A stretch of 64,000 bases of DNA, from positions 1 through 64,000 of IMG/VR virus record IMGVR_UViG_3300042691_038490; one strand, given 5' to 3'. Shown piece after piece: positions 31,911-41,302 of this stretch (positions are counted from its first letter, which is position 1; each line of letters starts with the position of its first letter). This DNA comes from a virus. Below the pieces are notes generated by a model, which was not told where the DNA came from, searched no databases, and saw only the letters and a list, made by a program, of their open reading frames with translations. The position numbers and the translations under genes were made by a program.

Positions 31911-32234
31911 TTAATATGGAGTAGCTTCTGGAGGGTTTGAATTTATATTACTAGAAACTGGAGGAATTTGAGTATCTATACTAGATTGCTCTGTTCCACT
32001 AGCTGTATCTAATTCTAGGCTTAAGGCTTCATCTAGATTTAATTCGCCATCACCAACGTTATATGTTGTAGATTTTCCATCCATCTCTATAACGATTGGA
32101 GTAGATTGACCATTGATACTTAAAATTATTTCACCCTTGTCGTTTCTTTTTATATTCATTTTAATTTGATTTTCTGTATAGACATAAGTTGTCATAAGAA
32201 TCGCGGCTAATATTAATAGTACTAATGTTTTCAT
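31911..32234 (-). CDS. Secreted/membrane-anchored protein
   Basis: N-terminal signal-like segment; coupled to the PEP-CTERM operon. Confidence 0.6.
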   Translation of the reverse strand: MKTLVLLILAAILMTTYVYTENQIKMNIKRNDKGEIILSINGQSTPIVIEMDGKSTTYNVGDGELNLDEALSLELDTASGTEQSSIDTQIPPVSSNINSNPPEATPY

Positions 32235-32494
32235 TTATTTATTTCTCCTGCTGATGTTTTAATATCTAAATTATTGTTAGTTTCTTTTAATACAATAGAT
32301 AATCCACAAACTGCTGCGAGAACTAGTAGTAAAATAGCTAAAAAATTAGTTTTTCTTTCTTGCTGTTTCTTTGTTCTATATTGATTAAAATTTTGTATGA
32401 AAACCTCTGTTTCTTTAGAGGATGGTTCATAGTAATTTTTTTTTAATATTGCTCTCAACTTATTATCCATTTCTAAACATTCTCCTATAACCAA
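32231..32494 (-). CDS. Single-pass membrane protein (anti-sigma-like architecture)
   Basis: Short cytoplasmic helix region followed by one TM; overlaps the PEP-CTERM gene stop. Confidence 0.5.
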   Translation of the reverse strand: MVIGECLEMDNKLRAILKKNYYEPSSKETEVFIQNFNQYRTKKQQERKTNFLAILLLVLAAVCGLSIVLKETNNNLDIKTSAGEINK

Positions 32495-33260
32495 TTACAG
32501 AAGATAATCCTATTAATGCTAAAGAAAAAGAAGATGGTTCTGGTATAACGCCTACATCAACAAGCGAGTCTGCGACGTATAATTCTTCTACATAAACTGT
32601 TGGAGCTGTGGTTGCTGAACCTTGTCTTAAATTAATTGCAGAAATATTTAATGCTGGTTCTGCGCCTGTTGTTGAATTCCAATTAGATTGAATTTCTGTG
32701 GCTAACGATAGCCTATCATTAACGTTAGGATTTACATACAAACTAAAAGTATCATTTGCTGCTCCAGCTACTATATCCCAAGCAATAACAATTGAATATA
32801 AAGTATTTAGATCAAGCACAGAGCTACCCCATACTGTAAGTGATCCCGTTCCAGATGTTGACATTAATCCTAAATTAAATCCAGAACCAGAAGCTCTTAC
32901 AAATAATCTTTGATAAAAATTAGAACTTGTTCCTGCTGGGTCTGATAAACTAAAAAAGTAATCACCATTCGCTTGAGCATTAACTACAGAAAGATCAATT
33001 CTTGTATATAAAGTAGAGACATTTGCTTTTACAGCTTGTGTTTGAAAAGATTTCCAGACATCTTGTCCAGTTGAGCCAACTACTATTTTACCATTAAAAT
33101 ATTGAACTGGATTATTACTCGCAGTAGAAGTTTGATTCCACCCGTTTTGTCCTACTAAATTTGCATCAATATAATTTGTATTTAAAGTATCAACAAGAAA
33201 TGTTGCTGCGTTTATATTAGAAGTTATTGCTATAATTAGTGTTGCTATTAGTTTTTTCAT
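32463..33260 (-). CDS. PEP-CTERM sorting-domain protein
   Basis: Signal peptide; C-terminal IPEPSS + TM + RR. Confidence 0.9.
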   Translation of the reverse strand: MKKLIATLIIAITSNINAATFLVDTLNTNYIDANLVGQNGWNQTSTASNNPVQYFNGKIVVGSTGQDVWKSFQTQAVKANVSTLYTRIDLSVVNAQANGDYFFSLSDPAGTSSNFYQRLFVRASGSGFNLGLMSTSGTGSLTVWGSSVLDLNTLYSIVIAWDIVAGAANDTFSLYVNPNVNDRLSLATEIQSNWNSTTGAEPALNISAINLRQGSATTAPTVYVEELYVADSLVDVGVIPEPSSFSLALIGLSSVIGYRRMFRNG

Positions 33261-34090
33261 AGATTTTTAATCTTTCTAATTAATATTAATGTTACCGCTC
33301 CTATCCCTAGCAGAGATGCAGCTGATGGCTCTGGAATACTAACAGCATCAAATGTTACAAGACTAAATGGAGCTATACTTTGAGTTCCATTTAATTGCCA
33401 TACTGAAACCGTAAATGTTTCATTTGCTAGCGCATCAATCTCAAATACCGCCATATCAGGATTGCCATCTCTAGTTAATAATGAAGAAAAAACTGTTCCT
33501 GTTGAAGCGCTAAAAATACCTACGTAGTCTGGTGCATAAGTTCCAGAAGCGGCAGTATCAACAACTATACCAAATCTAAAAGTTGTTGGCGTACTTATAG
33601 TAAAATTAAGCGCAATACCAAAATATCCATTATTTGATCCAGACGGAGTGTTGTAAGCGCCATTATTGACTGATACAGATAGTGCGCCTTGTCTATATAA
33701 AGATGAACCATCTGGTCCTCTAAAAATAGGATACCCACCATAATTTACAAATGTACCTGCTCCTCCAGTCAATGAACTAACGAAAGACGGAGTTGAACTT
33801 AAAGAAGGATAAGAGCTACTATTTGTACCTAATAAATTACCAGATCCAGCTGATTCGCCTATGTTTGCTGCTCCTGGATCCCAAGGCATAGGACGTATTT
33901 GAACATATCCAGAAGAACCATATATGTCGCTTCCTATATCATAAGTTTTAGAAACGCTAGCATTAGACCAATTTTGAACTGTATAACCATTACTTGCATT
34001 TCCTGTTTCAGTTCCTACAAAAGTAATTGCAGACTTGAGGCTACTTGTTAATACTAATGTAGCTATTGCTATTGTTATTAATTTTTTCAT
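33257..34090 (-). CDS. PEP-CTERM sorting-domain protein
   Basis: Signal peptide; C-terminal IPEPSAASLLGIG + TM + RKIK. Confidence 0.9.
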   Translation of the reverse strand: MKKLITIAIATLVLTSSLKSAITFVGTETGNASNGYTVQNWSNASVSKTYDIGSDIYGSSGYVQIRPMPWDPGAANIGESAGSGNLLGTNSSSYPSLSSTPSFVSSLTGGAGTFVNYGGYPIFRGPDGSSLYRQGALSVSVNNGAYNTPSGSNNGYFGIALNFTISTPTTFRFGIVVDTAASGTYAPDYVGIFSASTGTVFSSLLTRDGNPDMAVFEIDALANETFTVSVWQLNGTQSIAPFSLVTFDAVSIPEPSAASLLGIGAVTLILIRKIKNL

Positions 34091-34816
34091 TTATTTCCTT
34101 CTTAAGGCTCTAACTCCAATTAATAGTCCAAAACCTAATAACATTGATGACATTGTTGTTGGCTCTGGAACGATCTGAAGAGTCATATTATCTACATTAA
34201 TTGCACCAGAACTATAATTTTGCTGTTGCATTTCTAATCCAAATTGAGCAACTGAAACATCATTTGGCACAGTTACTGTGAATTCTCTATATGTCCAAGT
34301 ATCTAAAGGAGTATTCTTTAAAGATACTAAAACAGATGCCCAATCATAATAATATGAATAGTCTGAATTAAAAAACTTAGCATACATAAATGCATCTGTT
34401 GTTGTTTGTAATGGATCATAACTTGAGATGTATATATCCATAGAAAATTTAAGTTCTTTACCTTGAATATATGGAATCCAGCCATTTGTTGGATCATACC
34501 AATCATCGTATATATAACTATTAGATGTTGTTACGTTTCCTGGACCCCAATACAATGGCCACATTTTACCTAATTTAGAACCACCAGGAGCCACAATATA
34601 AGTTCCTGGCTCACCTGTAGCTGGCGCACCATATATTGTATCTCCAGAATTTAATACCGCTGTATTAGCAGATGGGTATCCACTAAATCCTGTCCATGAT
34701 CCATCTTCAAAATCTTCAACAAATAATATCTCTGATTTTAAAGAGGTTGCAGACATAAAAAAAGCCGCAGTTAAAATTGCGGCTGTGCTTCTTAGTATTT
34801 TTTTGTATATATTCAT
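34091..34816 (-). CDS. PEP-CTERM sorting-domain protein (carbohydrate-binding-like fold)
   Basis: Signal peptide; C-terminal VPEPTT + TM + RRK. Confidence 0.9.
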   Translation of the reverse strand: MNIYKKILRSTAAILTAAFFMSATSLKSEILFVEDFEDGSWTGFSGYPSANTAVLNSGDTIYGAPATGEPGTYIVAPGGSKLGKMWPLYWGPGNVTTSNSYIYDDWYDPTNGWIPYIQGKELKFSMDIYISSYDPLQTTTDAFMYAKFFNSDYSYYYDWASVLVSLKNTPLDTWTYREFTVTVPNDVSVAQFGLEMQQQNYSSGAINVDNMTLQIVPEPTTMSSMLLGFGLLIGVRALRRK

Positions 34817-34872
34817 AATCCTTGTTCCTTTTTGTTTGTAGACATCTTAAATTTTATTTTGTTCAAAGTTTT

Positions 34873-35403
34873 TTACTCCTTTATCCATGCTGTGGTTTTT
34901 TGATTATCATCATCAATAAGAATACTATTAAATACTATAGCTCTATATTTATCTTCTATCCAATTTGTTATTCTTAGATGATATTCATTTTTATTTCCAG
35001 CAGCACCAACTGGCATAGTTCCATAATTACTATCGTAAATCCACAACATTCCTTTATACTCAAAAACGCATACAGCATGACCATAGAATTTAGGTATGTT
35101 TACTGTATATTCAATTTTTGTTTTATCGAACTCTACATCTACTGTAAGATCAGCTTTATAATGATATTGAAAAGCATAAATTTGCGCCCATGTATTTTCA
35201 TTAGATAATATATAATTAGCATTAGAAGCAAAAGTAACAGAATCAACAAAACAAGAATTAGGCAGCTTAGATATGCTATGGTTTCTAGCTAAATTAAATC
35301 CTATTTTGAGTGCATAGTAAGCTATTATCCCATTTATTAAAAGTACTAGTGTTAGTTTACTTTTCCATCCAAACCAATTGAATAAATTTTTAAGCTTATT
35401 CAC
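34873..35403 (-). CDS. Membrane-anchored papain/transglutaminase-like protein
   Basis: N-terminal TM; NSC...GHAVCVF...WIYD Cys-His-Asp arrangement. Confidence 0.5.
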   Translation of the reverse strand: MNKLKNLFNWFGWKSKLTLVLLINGIIAYYALKIGFNLARNHSISKLPNSCFVDSVTFASNANYILSNENTWAQIYAFQYHYKADLTVDVEFDKTKIEYTVNIPKFYGHAVCVFEYKGMLWIYDSNYGTMPVGAAGNKNEYHLRITNWIEDKYRAIVFNSILIDDDNQKTTAWIKE

Positions 35404-35439
35404 TATCTCCTTGGATTACACGCAGGAGTTGTATTTAAT

Positions 35440-36756
35440 TTATTTTTTATTTTTATAATCTTGCAGACAAGATTTAAATTTAGATTTATCGTCGCCTTGT
35501 TTGGTAGGAATACATTCTTTTAAAAACTCGTTAAATTTTTGACCTTCAGTGACCATCATTCCTTTATACTCTTCATCATCTTCCATATCATATTTTTCTT
35601 CTTTTTCATTTTCTGAAGCTTTACTTTTGCAGTGTTGCTTTTGACTAAAACCTTTTGGATTATTACAGTCTATACTTCTTTTGTATTTCATGCTCCATTT
35701 AGCTTCTATTTTTTGTAATTGAATTTCTGTTTTACCAAGCATATCGCCTTTCTTCCAAGTAGCGCCATCATTGGTTGCTTCATAAATTACCGCATATCCC
35801 ATATCTTCTGGAAGTTCACGAATCTCTTTGACGATACCTTCGCTACCATAGTGCTTGCATTGAGCATTAACATTTTTTACTTTATCTCCAACTTTAAACA
35901 TTGTTGCGCCTTCCATCTCTTCCATTTCTTCAGGTTCTTCGTCTTCTTTATTAAACATTACATAGTTATGAATTGTAATCATATAGTCTTCTGCTAGGGC
36001 AGCCATAGATTGTAAAAATGGTTCAGTAAGATTTTCTTTTACCATTGGATCGTTAACTTTATCCATTACGTTCTTTGCGTGTTGATAGATAGAATTAATT
36101 GAACCAACGATCATGCCATAGAAATCTTCTTTATAATCTTCATATTCGTCTTCGATATCTTCCACTTCTTCAACTTGAGCAAGTGAAGGATCTAGTTTTA
36201 AAAGTTCTTCTTGATCAAATTCTGTTGTTCCGTCCCATTCATATTCTTCTGCTTGAGCTCTTTTGATCGCTTCTGGACTTGGACGATCTTTAGAACCTTC
36301 TGGTGCTGGGCGATAATTTTTACCCATTCTTTTTTTCTTTTGTTGTATATTGTACCAAAGCCCTTTGCTTTTTGCTTGAATATCTATCTCTAGTAAGGAT
36401 TCAGTTTCTTTTTCCTCAGAAGATGCGCATCCTGGTTTTCCACAAGATCCTTTTGTATATTGAGTAACAGATTTTCCAGCTTCCCACATTTTACAACTCC
36501 AGTATCTTGCTTTATACTTTGGACCTGGATTATCATCGCAAGAGTGACGGGAACGAAAAGCTTTACGACGAGCTGGATCATCACGACGAATCTCCATATT
36601 TGGATCACCAAATTTAACCATTACAATATTACCCTTATCGTTCTTTACATAAACACCAAATTTCTTTTTGCTTCCTTGTGGAAGGCGGAATGGTTTATTT
36701 AATGGAGCTTTGCCCTTTTTAGCTGCTTTTAATTGCTCTGTAAAGTCTATTTCCAT
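35440..36756 (-). CDS. Multi-module internal head protein
   Basis: String of small viral modules (VKFGDPNM...RHSC...YWSCKMW; GLWYNIQ; KVGDKV...CKHYGSEG; KYKRSIDCNNPKGFSQKQHC) joined by acidic linkers. Confidence 0.6.
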   Translation of the reverse strand: MEIDFTEQLKAAKKGKAPLNKPFRLPQGSKKKFGVYVKNDKGNIVMVKFGDPNMEIRRDDPARRKAFRSRHSCDDNPGPKYKARYWSCKMWEAGKSVTQYTKGSCGKPGCASSEEKETESLLEIDIQAKSKGLWYNIQQKKKRMGKNYRPAPEGSKDRPSPEAIKRAQAEEYEWDGTTEFDQEELLKLDPSLAQVEEVEDIEDEYEDYKEDFYGMIVGSINSIYQHAKNVMDKVNDPMVKENLTEPFLQSMAALAEDYMITIHNYVMFNKEDEEPEEMEEMEGATMFKVGDKVKNVNAQCKHYGSEGIVKEIRELPEDMGYAVIYEATNDGATWKKGDMLGKTEIQLQKIEAKWSMKYKRSIDCNNPKGFSQKQHCKSKASENEKEEKYDMEDDEEYKGMMVTEGQKFNEFLKECIPTKQGDDKSKFKSCLQDYKNKK

Positions 36757-36757
36757 A

Positions 36758-37369
36758 TTATATTAATGGTTCTTTAGCTAAGTTGGTTCTTTCCCAAGCT
36801 ATATATCTTGGTGTTTCAGCACTATAAACATTAACATCACCAACGTAAGCTTGATCACTTAAGCTTCCACCATCTCCTGCATCTTCATAAGAGCAGCCAG
36901 CTAGAACAAAGTTAAAACTTGAATTACTTGCAGCACTACTTCCATACTTTACATAAAGTTTTCCAGTTGCTAAATTTTGTAAAAATAATTCTCTACGATA
37001 TATATTATAATTTAATACTTTTGTGTTTGATGTTCCTACTGAATAGTTATTTATTCCTGTGCTTTGTTCTGGGAAATTTGTTACTGCATCAAATTGTTGA
37101 GTAAGATCTGCTTGGAAAACAATTGTACCTTGAACTCCCGCTGGATATGGATCGCCAGTGATAAATAGTTTATTGTCAATGCTTGTTGTTTCAGCTAATA
37201 TTCCACTTAAATAAGAATTTGGGCCAAATGTTCCAGCTGCTCCAGTTAGTATATCCTCTATGCTATCAAGTTTTCTCCAATCAAGACCTTTAAATCCTGT
37301 AAATCCAGGTTCTTCTGTGTAAACTTCTACTACATTTTTATTAAAATTTGGATCGTATACATTACCCAT
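36758..37369 (-). CDS. Virion structural protein
   Basis: Shares N-terminal YDPNFNKNVVEVYTEEPGFTGFKGL.W.KLD with 37413..38789. Confidence 0.6.
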   Translation of the reverse strand: MGNVYDPNFNKNVVEVYTEEPGFTGFKGLDWRKLDSIEDILTGAAGTFGPNSYLSGILAETTSIDNKLFITGDPYPAGVQGTIVFQADLTQQFDAVTNFPEQSTGINNYSVGTSNTKVLNYNIYRRELFLQNLATGKLYVKYGSSAASNSSFNFVLAGCSYEDAGDGGSLSDQAYVGDVNVYSAETPRYIAWERTNLAKEPLI

Positions 37370-37412
37370 AGTAAATATTATTACACTTTAAAAATAAAAA
37401 ATATATTATAAA

Positions 37413-38789
37413 TTATCTAGTTTCTCGCCATTGTAAGCTTGCTAAGGTATTTGTTGAAGTATTGTTAGATGTAGACATATTCTTAAGTAAAATAGCAAAA
37501 ATATTACTATCTGTACTATCTATATTTTGACTAATATAACCTCTCTTGGCAGATGTTATACTTCCTAGGTTTGTGGATGCTGATATTGTATTTCCTTGAC
37601 CACCAGGAGCAACTGTAGTAAATCCAGCAGAAAACATATTAGCTCCAGCAAGATTATATCCTGTTGCATTTATATTATATTCAACTACGCTAGTATCATC
37701 TGCGCTAACCCATGATCCACCAATTAATGATGCTCCACTTGGAAGGCGCCAAAATTCATAAGAACAAGTTTGACTAACGCTATAAAGTTGTGATGTTCCT
37801 AATCTAACTACACTTCTATTTGGTTGACCAAAATATCCGGTTTTTAATCTAATTGCTATAACTGGGATTGTAGTATTTTCGACAATATTTCTATAGCCAG
37901 TAGTTCTTGCAGCAAAATCTACTCCTGCTTCAGTATATCCACCTTCACTAAAAACTGTAGCGCAAATTTGATCCATCGAATCTGTACCCATTGAAGATGA
38001 TCCAGAATAATTTCTAATTTCACAACGAACCGGAAGATTTGGATTGCTAATGTATACTGAATCTTTTAAATTACTATTATAAAATTCATGAGCTGTTACA
38101 AATTTTCCTTCATGAACAAATCCAACTCTTACTCTACCAACTCCAAGCCATTCATAGTCTGTCCAAAATAGTTGTGTTTTAGTTGGATTTAAATTAAATT
38201 GTGAAAATCCGTTTCCATTGCATGTATCAGTATTCCAATTGATTTGTGGAATTAGTTCATTATATACATATCCAGAAACATTACTTCTTAATCCAAAATA
38301 TAAACCTCCATCTCCACTTTGCATGAGGTATATGCCATTTTTATCATCGAATAGTCCAATTCTTTTATTTGTTCCAGCTCTATATCCTGTAAAATTAAAA
38401 CTTTGTAAACTTACTTGACTTTTTCCTGGCATATAGTGATGATACATTCTGCTTTGATGAATTGTAAAATCATTAGTTCCAGTTCCAACTTGTAATACTG
38501 CTTTTGCTTTTAAGATATCAAATGAGATAGAAGAATTATTTCCACTTGTTTTTGTTAAGAGTTCTGTTTCTTCACCATAAACGTGAGAATAGTCTGCTAG
38601 AGTAAATGGTTCTGAAACTCTCATTCTTCCAAATGCATCAATATTTGTTGCGCTAGAAGAATTTCTTAAAAGAGATTCAATATCATCCAATTTATTCCAT
38701 TCTAAACCTTTAAATCCAGTGAATCCTGGTTCTTCTGTATAAACCTCAACAACATTTTTATTAAAATTTGGATCGTATATGTTAGACAT
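37413..38789 (-). CDS. Virion structural protein
   Basis: DAFGRMRVSEPFTL, YMPGKSQ and EWLGVGRVRVGF motifs of a widespread phage structural family. Confidence 0.65.
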   Translation of the reverse strand: MSNIYDPNFNKNVVEVYTEEPGFTGFKGLEWNKLDDIESLLRNSSSATNIDAFGRMRVSEPFTLADYSHVYGEETELLTKTSGNNSSISFDILKAKAVLQVGTGTNDFTIHQSRMYHHYMPGKSQVSLQSFNFTGYRAGTNKRIGLFDDKNGIYLMQSGDGGLYFGLRSNVSGYVYNELIPQINWNTDTCNGNGFSQFNLNPTKTQLFWTDYEWLGVGRVRVGFVHEGKFVTAHEFYNSNLKDSVYISNPNLPVRCEIRNYSGSSSMGTDSMDQICATVFSEGGYTEAGVDFAARTTGYRNIVENTTIPVIAIRLKTGYFGQPNRSVVRLGTSQLYSVSQTCSYEFWRLPSGASLIGGSWVSADDTSVVEYNINATGYNLAGANMFSAGFTTVAPGGQGNTISASTNLGSITSAKRGYISQNIDSTDSNIFAILLKNMSTSNNTSTNTLASLQWRETR

Positions 38790-38794
38790 ATAGA

Positions 38795-39082
38795 TTAATT
38801 TGTATGATAAATAATAGAAACCAATCCTGAAGTCTCTACATAGAGGTCATCTCCTCCACAATTTACTGTTGCTGGAAGATTATAATTACCTACTCCAACA
38901 TATAAAATTACTGCACCAGATGCATCTTTTATTTTAAATGTAGAATTTGCTGTGCAACTAACTCCAAGAAGATAAATATTTTTACCATTTCCTGGAGAGC
39001 TTAAAATAACACCATTTCCACTTCTGCTTACAGATAGAGCTTCTGCCTCAAATCCTGTGTCTCTAAAAAAATACTTTGACAT
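38795..39082 (-). CDS. Hypothetical structural protein
   Basis: 95-aa beta-rich ORF with GTGTAA motif. Confidence 0.55.
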   Translation of the reverse strand: MSKYFFRDTGFEAEALSVSRSGNGVILSSPGNGKNIYLLGVSCTANSTFKIKDASGAVILYVGVGNYNLPATVNCGGDDLYVETSGLVSIIYHTN

Positions 39083-39098
39083 ATAAAGCTATTACACT

Positions 39099-39830
39099 TT
39101 ATTTTTTGCTATCTAGTTCTTCAAATTTTTCAATAATATAGGCTAATATATCATTTCTCATAATATCATCTGTGCCAAACTTAAATGTCATAATACCTTT
39201 ATCAGAACTTTTCTTATCATCAAAAAGGTTATATATTTTTTCAAATCCACTATTTTTAATATCTGATTGTCTAATATCACCAATTAATATAAGTTTACTA
39301 AATTTACCCATTCTTGTGGTAATTAATAATAAATCATGTATGCTTAAATTTTGGGCTTCGTCACATATAATATAACTCGCATTAATACTTAGCCCTCGCA
39401 AAAATCCTACTGGTAATCCTTTAACTCTTTCCTCCTTCAATAACCTTTCGACTTGTCCCTTTGGTAATAATTCATGAAGTTTATCCATTAATGGTTGGAG
39501 ATAAGGGTCTAGTTTACTATGAAGATCACCTTTAAGGAATCCAAGATTGTGGGTAGAACTTTCTACTGGATTTCGGATATAAAAAATTTCACCTATCTTT
39601 TTACTATTTAAAGCCTGTAAAGCTGCGTATACAGAAAGTAAACTTTTTGCTGTTCCTGCTGGACCTTTACAGAATACTATTTTTGTATCTTTTGATTGAA
39701 GAAGTTGTATAAATTTCTTTTGATTATCTGTCCATTGTAATTCGCGAATATCTAAGAAGCCTTCAATTTTATCTCTTTGAGGAACTACTGGTGACTTATC
39801 TTCTATCTTACGTTTATTTTTTTTAGACAT
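39099..39830 (-). CDS. phoH: PhoH-like ATPase
   Basis: GPAGTAKS, LGFLKG, FLRG, DEAQN, TRMG and GDIRQSD motifs. Confidence 0.93.
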   Translation of the reverse strand: MSKKNKRKIEDKSPVVPQRDKIEGFLDIRELQWTDNQKKFIQLLQSKDTKIVFCKGPAGTAKSLLSVYAALQALNSKKIGEIFYIRNPVESSTHNLGFLKGDLHSKLDPYLQPLMDKLHELLPKGQVERLLKEERVKGLPVGFLRGLSINASYIICDEAQNLSIHDLLLITTRMGKFSKLILIGDIRQSDIKNSGFEKIYNLFDDKKSSDKGIMTFKFGTDDIMRNDILAYIIEKFEELDSKK

Positions 39831-39852
39831 TATTACTTACTTAAATATTACA

Positions 39853-40632
39853 CTATTTTATAATAAAATTGTTTAAATATTCTATATTTTTTAAAGCCAT
39901 GGGACTATTCTTGGCGTCGCGGATTAAATGTATGTACCCAGTTTTTGAATGTATTTTTACATTATAGTCTGTTCTAGAAAAAAGTGTTTTTATTTTTTTA
40001 TTTAAAATATTACAACTAATAGCAAAATAATATTGTTCACCTATACATGCTTTTAAATCTGATTTCATATAATAATTTGTTGCCCAAAAATTAGCATTAT
40101 CTTTATCTAAAATTGTTTTTAATGCTAAGCTTGAATATTTCTCAAAAAAATCTAAATCTTTTCCTCCTATTATTCCACAATTTGGCGCCCAATTAGATTT
40201 AAACTTATCTTCATAAAATTTATTAATACAATATTTTTCGAAAAAATGTAATTGATATCTTGCATCGCAACCTCTTTCTATAGATTGACAAAATATATCT
40301 GAATTAACTAAATCAAATGGTAATTTATTTACTAAAAAAACATCATAATCTAAATGTAAAAATGGATCTCCATAACTAGCAATCGTTTGATACGCTTTTA
40401 TTTTACCTAGACTCCAAACATTTTTATATTCTTTCGGTAAAGATTCAAGTTCTGTACTTATATTATTCCATTTAAAAATATTTTTTAAGATTTGTTCGCC
40501 TTTATAATCTGTTATTAAATTAATTTCATTGTAATGCTGTTTTGCGTAATAAAGGGCTACCTTCAATATATTAATAAATTGATATTGTTTAAATGTCTCT
40601 TCTTGTGTCCAGAAGGACATATAAACCTTCAT
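39853..40632 (-). CDS. Glycosyltransferase-like (DUF6734-like) protein
   Basis: LITD..G, WSLGKIKAY, PFLHLDYDV (DxD), NCGIIGG and EQY motifs. Confidence 0.6.
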   Translation of the reverse strand: MKVYMSFWTQEETFKQYQFINILKVALYYAKQHYNEINLITDYKGEQILKNIFKWNNISTELESLPKEYKNVWSLGKIKAYQTIASYGDPFLHLDYDVFLVNKLPFDLVNSDIFCQSIERGCDARYQLHFFEKYCINKFYEDKFKSNWAPNCGIIGGKDLDFFEKYSSLALKTILDKDNANFWATNYYMKSDLKACIGEQYYFAISCNILNKKIKTLFSRTDYNVKIHSKTGYIHLIRDAKNSPMALKNIEYLNNFIIK

Positions 40633-40647
40633 AAATTTTTATAAATA

Positions 40648-40941
40648 TTAAACTAGAGCGTAACCTTTTTTAAATTTTAGATCTAATTCAAATGCATTTA
40701 CGGCCAAGCCACGATCAAATCTCTTAATAAAGTCTGCGCCTTTTTTTGGCATTTCAGCTATAAACATTTTTTTATCAATTTCTAAAATTACTTGAGATGG
40801 TAATACAGAAACATTAGTAATTTTTTTCTTCATCTTACTTTTGATTGCTCTAGCGATTGCACAATTTTGTGGATTAGCTTTTTCGCCTTCGAGAATATTT
40901 CTATCTGTTATCTTTAGGTTTTGTTTCATTCTTTTCTCCAT
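40648..40941 (-). CDS. Hypothetical protein
   Basis: ORF in operon; NCAIARAI motif. Confidence 0.6.
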   Translation of the reverse strand: MEKRMKQNLKITDRNILEGEKANPQNCAIARAIKSKMKKKITNVSVLPSQVILEIDKKMFIAEMPKKGADFIKRFDRGLAVNAFELDLKFKKGYALV

Positions 40942-41302
40942 TTTTGTTTTTATAAACTACTTCAAATGCTTTTGCTTTTGAATTTAATAGTTTAAAAGCT
41001 GCTTCAGATTCTTTTCTTATATCTTCATCGCTTATTATCCAGAATTTGCACCAACCTTCTGGATCTATTGGTCCTTGAATTAATTCACATCTTGGCGAAC
41101 TACCTTCAAGATAATAAAATACGCAATATTCACATTCTAAATTTTGTTCTTTAAATGGATTTTGAGCTGCGCTTATATACTGAATTCCATTTGGTCCAAG
41201 TCCACGGTCAAAATATCCATATGTTTGTAAATTAGTTACTATTTTAAGATAAAGATCTTTTTGGCGTTCTATTAATTTAGGAAATATAAGACCTTCGTTC
41301 AT
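40901..41302 (-). CDS. HiPIP-like Cys4 domain protein
   Basis: CEYCVFY...C..IQGPIDPEGWCKFW pattern. Confidence 0.55.
   Translation of the reverse strand: MNEGLIFPKLIERQKDLYLKIVTNLQTYGYFDRGLGPNGIQYISAAQNPFKEQNLECEYCVFYYLEGSSPRCELIQGPIDPEGWCKFWIISDEDIRKESEAAFKLLNSKAKAFEVVYKNKNGEKNETKPKDNR

Noticed and set aside
886-39375. Short plus-strand ORFs antisense to structural genes (e.g. 3310..3588, 11645..11926, 23680..23898)
   Set aside because: Shadow ORFs fully overlapping well-supported minus-strand genes.
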